From Rhizophagus irregularis (lineage: Eukaryota), in the NCBI RefSeq assembly GCF_026210795.1, contig NC_089429.1, positions 868,001-932,000 on the forward strand: DNA of 64,000 nucleotides, read 5' to 3'. A model generated the notes under the pieces. That model worked only from the letters and a program-made list of their open reading frames with translations. It did no database searches and had not been told where the DNA came from. Below, one piece after another: positions 1 through 10,600 of the stretch. Both the position numbers and the translations under genes were made by a program. Position 1 is the stretch's first letter; the number at the start of each line of letters is the position of its first letter.

Positions 1-1219
1 ATTCTTAGCGACTTGCGTGATAAAGGTTGAGCTAACATTCTTGAAATTGTGTTGGCACGTTTAATGCTATTTAAATTTAGCATAATTTGTAATTTTCTTA
101 ATACACTATCTTTATGTCATTAGGATGTTTACCGAGAGTCAGCAAAAAATGTACTTGACAGATAATCCAACGCCTCATCAAAGACGTGATTGAGCAATCG
201 TTATTTTACTATGCATCTACGACTGATAATTTATTCAAATATTTCAATAATATTTACAGGCCTTTGTAACAGTTTAATAATTAATAATATACGTACGCTA
301 ATTAGTAAGAAATTTGATTTATAAATCAACTTTATAGGAGTGTTTAGGACTTAGAACACTTATTATTCATAATACAAAACCATATTGTTCACTTTAGTGG
401 ATAATTATACAAGTTTATCAAAAAGTTATATTATGATTAAGTTTAATACTATGATTTAATAGTAAATGAACGAATAATAAAATGTAATATACTTTAAGGA
501 TAATGGTCTGCAAATCTTGGACTAAATAAATTTTTTTAAACCAAAAATTAATAAAAAAATGCAAGCAACGTATTAATTATCAAATATCATTATTCCGTTT
601 TAAAATCTGTGGCCACAAAAAATATTATCCATTTATATTATAGTTTATGGCAATTTTTTTAATTGAAACTTAACATAAATGGAAAAAAAATGAGGTAAAT
701 AAATAAATCTATTAATTGCTAAAACTGCATTTTATCTTTATCGTTTGTGAGTAATGAAGTAGGTGAATATTTATAATTAACTCTATATGAATCATTGGAT
801 TAATAATAATGATATAAATAAAACTCGATATATAATCAGTTTTAATATTTGATTATTTTTCGCTGCAATTTCTTTCTATGTTAAGTGAGCAAAGGTAGTT
901 ATAGTCTATATAATAAATAAAACACTGCAGAAAAGGACCTCAGTTTATGAGTTTGGGTATTTAAAGTTTTAATTATTTATACAATCCCAAGACGTAATGA
1001 TAATTTGGAAATAGCCAAGTATTATATTATTTGATTTTTTTTCGCGAGTTCGAAGTTTTCATCATTTGACTAGTGACGTAAAATTTTGATCATCTCACGT
1101 GATTAATGATTAATTACTCATGCGAAAAAAATCATAAATCATTCCATTCCATTACTTTTACGAAAAATTCTTGCTCTTTTTTTTTTTTTAAAAAAAAAAA
1201 AGCAAAAAATTCGTGAAAC

Positions 1220-1662
1220 ATGGAAAAGAAAGAAAGTTATGAAATATTAGAAGATAATCCAATCTTGGTAAATTTTATTAAATAGTATTATTATCATCTT
1301 ATTTAAATGTTTTTATTATACAAGTGAATTATTACTTATAAATTTTGATTTTTTTACGTTAGCAAACATCAGTAATTTCTACCAAAAATTCTTCTTCTAA
1401 AGATATTCAACAAAATCAATCATTTTGCAAGATTTCTTCCTCTTCTTCATCACGTTCATCAATATTTTCTAATAATATCGATAAAAAAATATTACAAAAC
1501 GAAAGGAAAAAAATGCTTAACAGAAAGGCTGCTGCAAGATTAAGACAAAAAAAAAAGAAAGAGGTAAAAGAATTACAAGATTCAAATATAAGTTTAAGAG
1601 GTGAAATTGAACAAGTGGAAAGTATTATAATGAAATTAAGACAACAAATTATGGGATCTTGA
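1220..1662 (+). CDS. Small bZIP transcription factor (115 aa, 2 exons: 1220-1267, 1363-1662)
   Basis: GT..AG intron 1268-1362 joins MEKKESYEILEDNPIL to an exon with a bZIP basic region (ERKKMLNRKAAARLRQKKK) and heptad zipper (LQDSNISLRGEIEQVESIIMKL). Not in the ORF track, which shows only its antisense shadow. Confidence 0.85.
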
Positions 1663-2133
1663 AATAAAGGAGAAATAATTTTTTTATTTTTCAATATATT
1701 GTATGAATTTGCTAATATTATCATATTGAAACATTATAACTTGATATTAATTATTAACATGTATTCCGGGAATTGGGAAATTAATTTTATAGAGAACAAA
1801 TTATTATATTTTATAATTAGGCAAATTTAGCTTTATATATAGTTACGCGAGTATTTTTTGTATATTTAAATCTTATTATAAACAAAACTTTCGCCAATAT
1901 CGCTATGAAATTATTTTTAATAAGAAAATGTGTTGCGTAACGTTTTTAAATTTTGATATAATATAATTCATGCAGAGTAATTCAAAATCTACTGATCAAA
2001 AATAGATAATTCTATTTTAATAAAAAATGCATAACTTGATCTGGTACCTAAAGAGCTATCAGACCTTTGCTATTCAATATCTTTATCTTTATCTGATATA
2101 ATATTTAAAATTTTACCTAACCAATTACAGTAT

Positions 2134-4737
2134 TTTATTTATTTATTTTATGTGAAGCCGGACAGACTATTAAACAGGACATATACCACACGTGAGTTAT
2201 CCTACTTCTAGCTATCATCTATCACCAGGGCGGACCCAAACTTCTTTAAAAATGTTGGAACCAGCCTGATCCTCCTCCACTACCGAAAGAAGAACAGGAA
2301 CCACAATTAAAAAGTGAACTAATTAACCCGTATTTTTCTTTCAACCATCAAGGTCACCACCTGTAAATACTGTCATAGGTGGAATGATTCACACTGTTTG
2401 TAATTGTTAATATCTATTTTAATACGAACCAAAAAAATTCAAAAAATGAATTACAAAATATAGAAACTAAACTATTTCAAAATACGAAATTTAAAAATTA
2501 GGTCTATATTAGCGGGTAAGAAGTCTTCTTCTTTAGTATCCCTACAATCGAAAGTACAAATTTTTTTTGTTAAAGGTGTAAGATCTCCATAATAATTATA
2601 GTGATTATGTCTGGCGCGATGCTTTTTTGGGCGACATTCTATTATTTTCGTGTCATCGGAGGTATCACTGAGATCATCTTTTACGTATTGAATATCATTT
2701 GGGCGAATAATAGCGCAGTACGGTTTTAAAGGGTAGTGTTCATCCCTGTATTGTTGTCCAAAATCTGTTATCAAATTGTTGAGATGTCTTGAAGCGACTG
2801 TTCGTTTGTCGTTGCTTTTCTTCGTAGATGCTCCATACGCAAAATTGCGAATACTGGCCATACGGTCATCAAAATTATCATTCATACGAGTAAAAAACTT
2901 TATAGCATTAATACGTCTAAGGTAATGTTTGGCGGAGGTATTATGATCCTTAATGTCTTTAATGACATTTAACCTTTCATTAAGACGATCACGAACTCTG
3001 ATCTCACTGATGCGATCTTCATCTAAACCTAGCATATATGCGTCTCTCAAGGATAGCTGAATTGTAGAGTCTTGTAATAAAAGTACGGCATCTATGTATT
3101 CTGATGCACCTTTACCATAATGTTCGTCAATAAGATTTGCGATATACCAATCCCTATAAGAGTTTTCTGATGTATCATCCCTGCCATTGTTGGCTGAAGA
3201 GTCATCCTCTTCATCTGAATTCTGAATCTTGATGACACTGCGTGATGCAGGAGTAATGTGAGGAGGAAGAATCCTATCTTCAGAAAGATGTAAAAGAGCG
3301 CAGTTCCGATCGTATGGAAAACGGAATAAGGGAACGGTTGGGAGATGAAGGATCCGTGTATAAATCTTTTGATACAGATGAAAAAGGAACTTCCTTTGAT
3401 TCGCAAGTTTAATCTTGTGGCAGAGTTTAAGGGCCATCCTAGATTTAGGTTTATTACCATTGAAAATACGTTGACAAGATCGGTCAAAATGAGCTTTTTG
3501 CCGTGCAGCAGTACGTAAATTAGAACTTAAAATGCAAGAAAAGTTCTCATAAATCTTGGTATACATAGGACCAGTAGCCTTGTTAGGGGGTAAAATTGAG
3601 TCAAGGTTGTGTGCTTCATAACGCGTTGTATAAGAGATGCCCAATCGATTCGAAAAAATCTTTTGCCTTGAGTTATTGTTATATTTCTCGTAAATAATGT
3701 TGGCGTGAAAACTTTTGTGATGAATAATATTGATCTCAGGTGCTGATGTTGCCTTATCCTCTGAGAGTGTGTTTTTTTCTTGAGTGATAGCCGAATGGTG
3801 TTGGATGCAAGCGTGTCGATTAAAATTTTTAACAAAAGGGCACGGTATATGGCATGGTGTTGTTTTTTGATGAGGAAACTTTTTTGTAGGTAGGTGATTA
3901 CAAGCTACATAGATACCAAAGTGAAATCTGTATCGTTTATAAGAGAAGTTGAAAAAAGTTTTGGTAATATTGTTGCTGCACGTGATTTTTCCTTCACGTA
4001 ATGCTATCAGATTGATTCTATCTAACAACTTGAGTCGTATCATGTTAAAAAATTTGTTCTGAATACGCCGAGGAATGACTCGTTGATGTAAAAAAAAGTG
4101 CGTGAGGCATTTCGATATTTGAAATCGATGATTAGGTAATTTGCTTGTGGAATAATACCGAATTGGGGTTGATAACATATGATGATCGTTTATGTATATT
4201 TTAAGGTGAATTTCATTGGTGTCTGGTATTTGATCGACAACCTCAAAAAAGAAACTTTTTGAACGCCTACATTCATAGATCTTATTATAACCTGCTTTGG
4301 ACGCAGCAGTCACATGAAATTTTTTGAAAGAGACCAAAAAAGAGAAGGTCGAAAGTATTGGTGAGGGTAAAGGAGCTTTGACTATGATAGTCGGAAGTGC
4401 GTTATCCTGTGGTTTAATATTCATCCTTAAAACTTTATCTTTAGAAAGTCCGCCTTCAGGAATGTTTCTTCTGTTATCGAAGTGTACATCCAACTGCGGA
4501 TAAGGTTCCAAAGGTTCATATGAGGCCAAGGAAAAGTTGGTATTTTTGTTGTTTGAAGATGACATAGTCCCTTAATATTGGGATAAGATAAGAATAAAAC
4601 CTTGTATGAGAACCAAGACGCCCAACAGGGCCTTTTTCCCCTTAAAGTTTTCGTGAAAAACTATAGAAAAATAACCAAGCGCAAAATACTGCGGAAAACT
4701 AACAAAATAAAAAAAAAGGGGAAAGAGTTTTTTTTTT
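2134..4737 (-). mobile_element. Full-length retroposed, RT-less protein-coding element, copy A
   Basis: 16-bp direct repeat TAACCAATTACAGTAT at 2118-2133 and 4738-4753. Minus-strand 3' end ...CTTCACATAAAATAAATAAAAATA; 5' end A-run+CTCTTTCCCCTTTT. Termini and ORF are homologous to 42788-45443. Confidence 0.85.
2472..4565 (-). CDS. 697-aa basic protein of unknown function encoded by element copy A
   Basis: Intronless ORF, more GC-rich than its flanks. Paralogous to 43344-45272 (38/54 identities in the KFHVT...SxPI block). Candidate Zn ligands CNH...C...RHACIxHH. Confidence 0.85.
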   Translation of the reverse strand: MSSSNNKNTNFSLASYEPLEPYPQLDVHFDNRRNIPEGGLSKDKVLRMNIKPQDNALPTIIVKAPLPSPILSTFSFLVSFKKFHVTAASKAGYNKIYECRRSKSFFFEVVDQIPDTNEIHLKIYINDHHMLSTPIRYYSTSKLPNHRFQISKCLTHFFLHQRVIPRRIQNKFFNMIRLKLLDRINLIALREGKITCSNNITKTFFNFSYKRYRFHFGIYVACNHLPTKKFPHQKTTPCHIPCPFVKNFNRHACIQHHSAITQEKNTLSEDKATSAPEINIIHHKSFHANIIYEKYNNNSRQKIFSNRLGISYTTRYEAHNLDSILPPNKATGPMYTKIYENFSCILSSNLRTAARQKAHFDRSCQRIFNGNKPKSRMALKLCHKIKLANQRKFLFHLYQKIYTRILHLPTVPLFRFPYDRNCALLHLSEDRILPPHITPASRSVIKIQNSDEEDDSSANNGRDDTSENSYRDWYIANLIDEHYGKGASEYIDAVLLLQDSTIQLSLRDAYMLGLDEDRISEIRVRDRLNERLNVIKDIKDHNTSAKHYLRRINAIKFFTRMNDNFDDRMASIRNFAYGASTKKSNDKRTVASRHLNNLITDFGQQYRDEHYPLKPYCAIIRPNDIQYVKDDLSDTSDDTKIIECRPKKHRARHNHYNYYGDLTPLTKKICTFDCRDTKEEDFLPANIDLIFKFRILK

Positions 4738-5016
4738 TAACCAATTACAGTATATTTTATTGTCTGGAGGACGATATCAAAAAATTTGTGGTCACGGTTC
4801 ACCCACGTGATCCTCAGCCAATAAAATCGCCTCCCATTTCCTAGTTATACAATTTAGCCTTATTATTTATCTTCATTATATTTCACCAATTTTTAACAAG
4901 CTATTATTTAAGCTTAAGAAAAAAATATTAATAAGCTTATTTGAAAATGAGAACGAATAATTTTATGTAGAAATCGGAGTATTATACGTTATGAACTATA
5001 ATACTATAACCATTAG

Positions 5017-5159
5017 GGTATTAGGACATTTCGCCGAAAGCCATTTCGCCGAAAAATAATCTCTGGCCTGAGTTATTTATAATTCTGCATAATGTTGGCC
5101 CTATTTTTCGGCGAAACGTCCTTTCGGCGAAATGGCTTTCGGCGAAATGTACCGTAACC
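5017..5159. mobile_element. Small MITE with internally repeated TIRs (possibly Mutator-like)
   Basis: Inverted arms ACATTTCGCCGAAAGCCATTTCGCCGAAA / TTTCGGCGAAATGGCTTTCGGCGAAATGT. Imperfect 9-bp flanks AACCATTAG / TACTATTAG. Confidence 0.65.
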
Positions 5160-5242
5160 TACTATTAGAGATGTTAGCAATCTGAAATGCGAATACATCG
5201 CTAGTACTTAAAATATTGTAATTAGTTATATATTGACACTTT

Positions 5243-5343
5243 ATAATGATTATTCTGGAAATAATCCATTGATTCCTCATAATGATTATCCTGGAAATAA
5301 TCAATCAATTTCTCATAACAGTTTTCTGGAAACAATCTATTGA
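5243..5343. repeat. About 3 copies of a ~36-bp degenerate tandem repeat
   Basis: ATAATGATTATTCTGGAAATAATCCATTGATTCCTC-like units. Confidence 0.6.
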
Positions 5344-5366
5344 GTGAAATATGTCTTCGTCAATTT

Positions 5367-5578
5367 AGGACCCCGAAATATACATAAAAGGGTCAGGTCA
5401 GAGTTTGCGTATAATGAGTCAAAAAATCATGTAGATCATTCCTTTTATGGATAATTCCAGCCAAAATAATATTTCCTAATTTAGATAATGGCTGAAATTA
5501 TCGTAATTCCGGCCCTGAAAGAATGCGTATTTTGGACCACTTCTGGACCTGACCTCTACATATATATTTCGGGGTCCT
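5367..5578. mobile_element. 212-bp MITE sharing termini with the P-like transposon at 49988-54640
   Basis: TIR AGGACCCCGAAATATA at both ends. Perfect 8-bp TSD GTCAATTT (5359-5366, 5579-5586). Confidence 0.9.
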
Positions 5579-7627
5579 GTCAATTTCATTTAAATTATTC
5601 TAGGCTTACACCTTTTTGATTTATAATTTACTGCGCCTGCGATAAATCATAAGAATTCAGAGATTTTTTTTTTAGTTACTATTCCCTCCAAAGTATCAAC
5701 TATAGTCTTAACCTCAAAGTATCATAAATTTCAAATTATTTTCATTAAATAATAATAAAAATTTAATTCTTAAATTATTTTTATATTTTGTTGTTTTAAT
5801 CAATATTTATCTATCAAATAAGGATTTATTAAAAAGAAAAAAACTTTATTACATTCAGTTTGTTACGTCATTATCCAAACATTTATTTTGTGATTAATTA
5901 GCATTGTATAGCCAAATTATTGAACGTAATATCTACTAGATATTTATTAAAATAGCATTCGGAATTATTTTTCTTAAAAGATTTAACGCATGATTCCAGA
6001 AACAACATTCTTGTACAATCACAATAAAATCAAATAGACTACCAGTTGTTTCATTTTTAATTAGGATTTTTTTTCTTTATAAAACATAGAACGTGATATG
6101 AGGGAATCAAAAAAAAGTTTAGGAAATATAGTAAAGTATTACGGCATGATATAATATAAATGTATGGTACGATTAATAATTTACAAGTACGAGCGGGCAT
6201 GATGTTAATCGTGCTAGAAATTAGTAAATTATTAACTATTGATGCTATAATCTGATGATAGAATTGAATAAGACAATCAAAGTAAGGAAAAATGTTACAA
6301 AAAAAAATTAATATAAGCATTTAGAAAGTTAAAGTTTCAACTCCGAATAAAAAAATTAAGTTAGAGTTGAAACAAGTATTAATAAATAATTTAACTATAT
6401 CAAGCTTTAGAAACTTTTTTGATAAAAATAATGGCAATTTTGCATTAGACAATTAGATAACAAATTTTTGCATACTTACATGCTTAAAATTATAATATCA
6501 ATTATAATAATGTCAAATAAATAAAGTTTCAATTCATTATTTCATCATAGATGAAAATGATCAACATTTTTAACATTTGTAGAGAGAACTAACTTAATAC
6601 ATTTATAAATCATTCAAATATAAACTTGTATAAATATTATAAATATTTTATATATATAACATGTTTCGTATAAAACCAATACGATATGATCAGTCAATGG
6701 ATGATATCATAACTGTAACTGTGGAACGCAACTATTTTAATAATACTGAAAGTTTGATCATCCTTTTAAATGAAAAATTTTTTTGCAATTTTAAATGTTT
6801 CTTTTAAAAAAAATTTTTAAGTCCATAATTTGGTTTAATATAACAAAATTAATAAAATGCGGAATAAAGGAATGAAAATGTAAAAACATCTGCTAAGTGA
6901 AATATAAATTTTATAAAGTTCATCAAAGTTTAGAAAGTGATTTAAATACTACGTTAATTATAAATTTTACTCATAATCATATTTTTTTCAAAAGAACTTT
7001 CTGAATTCTTTGGGATGACTTAGATGACTTACCCTGAGATTTACATTTTAACCAGAAGATTCTAGTAAAAAAATTGAACTTGTGATAATAACATAACGAT
7101 AACGATAACGAAAATACTCCATAAAGCCCCATAATGTTCATTTTTACGTTACAGTATTTGTTAGTAATGCACGTATTATTATCTAAAAAATTTATCTTTT
7201 GTTACAGATTTTAAAGTTTTAATTCTTTCGGAAAAGTATATAGCACAAATCACGAATTTAGTCTAAAAGAGTAATTCTCAATGCCGAATTTTTTTACTTT
7301 TAGAAGTTGGAATTCCAAAAAATTTGGATCTTTTCGACAACATGATTATATTTTAAACACTGCACTTAACAATTAGTAAATAAACATAAAAAATGTGTAT
7401 ATTTACTAGCAGTTATCAACAAAAAATATTATTTGTTTATTTCTTATGAATCTATTTTAAATAAATCTTTTAAAGCTATTAATGACCAATATCGGCAAAC
7501 AATGCTATTACTTTGATATACAATACTTATAAAAAAAACAAATGAAATAAATGAAATAAATTTTATATCTATAACAGTATTTTGCTTATTTATTTTATTT
7601 AAACATTTAAGCAAAAATATTCTCAAT

Positions 7628-10600
7628 TTACTTTGCATGAATTTGTTCTAATCTATTTTGAGCATTTTGATTTCCTTGCAATGCAGATTGTTTATACCAG
7701 TAAATTGCTTGATTTATATCTTTAACAATCACTTCTCCATTCTCATACATAAAAGCAAGATTATATTGAGCTATACTAATATTTCCTAAATCTGCTGATT
7801 TTTGAAATAATTCAAATGCCTTTTTTTCATCAATTTCAGTTTCAATTCCTTTTTTATAACAATTACCTAAATTATTCATTCCATATGCATTTCCTAAATC
7901 TGCTGATTTTTGATATAATTCAAATGCCTTTTTTACATCAATATTAGTTCCAATTCCTTTTTTATAACAATTACCTAAATTATTTATTCCACCTGCATTT
8001 CCTAAATCTGCTGATTTTTGGTATAATTCAAATGCCTTTTTTTCATCAATATCAGTTCCAATTCCTTTTTTATAACAATTACCTAAATGATTTATTCCAC
8101 CTGCATTTCCTAAATCTGCTGATTTTTGAAATAATTCAAATGCCTTTTTTTCATCAATATCAGTTCCAATTCCTTTTTCATAACAATTACCTAAATTATT
8201 CATTCCATATGCATTTCCTAAATCTGCTGATTTTTGATATAATTCAAATGCCTTTTTTACATCAATATCAGTTCCAATTCCTTTTTTATAACAATTACCT
8301 AAATGATTTATTCCACCTGCATTTCCTAAATCTGCTGATTTTTGAAATAATTCAAATGCCTTTTTTTCATCAATATCAGTTCCAATTCCTTTTTCATAAC
8401 AATTACCTAAATTATTCATTCCATATGCATTTCCTAAATCTGCTGATTTTTGATATAATTCAAATGCCTTTTTTACATCAATATCAGTTCCAATTCCTTT
8501 TTTATAACAATTACCTAAATGATTTATTCCACCTGCATTTCCTAAATCTGCTGATTTTTGAAATAATTCAAATGCCTTTTTTTCATCAATATCAGTTCCA
8601 ATTCCTTTTTCATAACAATCACCTAAATTACTTATTCCAGTTGCATTTTCTAAATCTGCTGATTTTTGGTATAATTCAAATGCCTTTTTTACATCAATAT
8701 CAGTTCCAATTCCTTTTTTATAACAACCACCTAAATGATTTATTCCACCTGCATTTCTTAAATCTGCTGACTTTTGATATAATTCAAATGCCTTTTTTTC
8801 ATCAATATCAGTTCCAATTCCTTTTTTATAACAACCACCTAAATGATTTATTCCACCTGCATTTCCTAAATCTGCTGACTTTTGATATAATTCAAATGCC
8901 TTTTTTTCATCAATATAAGTTCCAATTCCTTTTTTATAACAATTACCTAAATTATTCATTCCACTTGTATTTCCTAAATCTGCTGATTTTTGATATAATT
9001 CAAATGCCTTTTTTTCATCAATATCAGTTCCAATTCCTTTTTTATAACAATCACCTAAATTACTTATTCCAGTTGCATTTCCTAAATCTGCTGATTTTTG
9101 ATATAATTCAAATGCCTTTTTTTTATCAATATCAGTTCCAATTCCTTTTTTATAACAATAACCTAAATTACTTATTCCATTTGAATATTCTCTTTCAGCT
9201 AATTTTTTAAATAATTCAAAAGCTTTATCATCATCTTTATAAACACCATTCCCATGTATATAACAGCAACCAAGGTTATATTGTGCTATAATATTTCCTG
9301 AATTTGCAGCTATCTGATATAATTCAAATGCCTTTTTTTTATCAATATTAATTTCAATTCCTAAATAATTAAAATCTCCAAGTAAAACAATAGAATTTGA
9401 ATGATTTTGATTATTTAATAACCAAATATAAATTTCCTGTGAAGTCATATTATGATTATTAAGATAATTATAAATACATAGTCTTTCTAATTCTTCATAT
9501 TCTACGCCTGCCTTATCAGAAAGTTCAACAATTTCATCAACCATCACCTTAAAATTATTATTTGATGATATTGAAGAATCTATTTCTTTAGTATTCATCT
9601 TGTTAAATTCTTGAATAAATTTGGATAATTCCCCATGTGATGAATTATTTATAGGATCTTCAAAAGCATTCAAATCGAGTTGTTGTTTACTGGATAATTG
9701 GTTTGTATAAGAATCATTTGCCCGAAAATCTTTTATAATCATGTTATTATTATTCTTCAGAATAATTGCATTTAATTTAAAAACCACCTGATTGATAGTT
9801 GGACGATTATCTGGTTCATTATTCCAACAATCTAAAAAAAATAGATAGAATTAATTTAACATTAATATAAACATAAAATTAATTATTAATTATATTTACC
9901 AGTATAAATATTCACATAATCTTCGGGTGTATCAGGAATGGGTGTCTCTCTAAGGCCTTGTGATATATTAATAGCTAAACAAACGTCATATGGTTTACCT
10001 TCAGTATAAAAAGGAGGATTGCTACTAGATATCTCCCATAAAAGTACTCCAATACTATAAATATCACTTTTTTTATTTAATTTATAATCTTGATTACTGA
10101 AACTTTTTGGGTCAATATAAGGAATTACTCCAAATAATTTCGTTGAAGAAAGGTTGGATGATTCTTCAATTCTTTTTGATAAACCAAAATCTGCTAATTT
10201 AACTATATTTTGATGAACTAATACATTTTTGGAATGCTATTAATATTATTAAATACAATAAATTTATTAATTACAATTCAACAACAAACATGAAATAACA
10301 AAATGTAAACAAATGAATTACCAAATCACGGTGAATAATTCCTTCATCGTGTAAGCATAATATAGCACAAGCCAACTGAAATGCCATATTAAACTTATTA
10401 TTCCAAGTAAGATTATCAAAATGTTCCTTCAAATATTCTCGAAGAGTACCTCCATTTGCATATTCCATTACTAACCAATATTTTTTTGAATTATCAACCT
10501 GATTTTCTTTGTAAAAAAAAAATAAATAAAACAATAAATTTATATTTTACAATCAAATTATGCATGAAAAGAAAGTATATTGTACCTGTTGCAATACCAC

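Noticed and set aside
1416..1724. 102-aa minus-strand ORF
   Set aside because: Antisense to the bZIP exon, which has the recognisable motif.
2134..2395. Canonical hammerhead or HDV ribozyme in the element UTRs
   Set aside because: No CUGAUGA..GAAA core in a proper three-stem context, and no HDV P3/P1.1 core found by eye.
2472..4565. Fanzor/TnpB-like RNA-guided nuclease with a 3' guide RNA
   Set aside because: I found no RuvC D-E-D motifs or CxxC..CxxC finger in the expected arrangement. Long variable TSDs with an A-rich tail indicate retroposition rather than a DNA transposon. A structure search would be needed to exclude it fully.
8032..9210. 392-aa plus-strand repetitive ORF
   Set aside because: Antisense shadow of the Sel1 repeat array; it stays open only because the 108-bp unit lacks stops in that frame.
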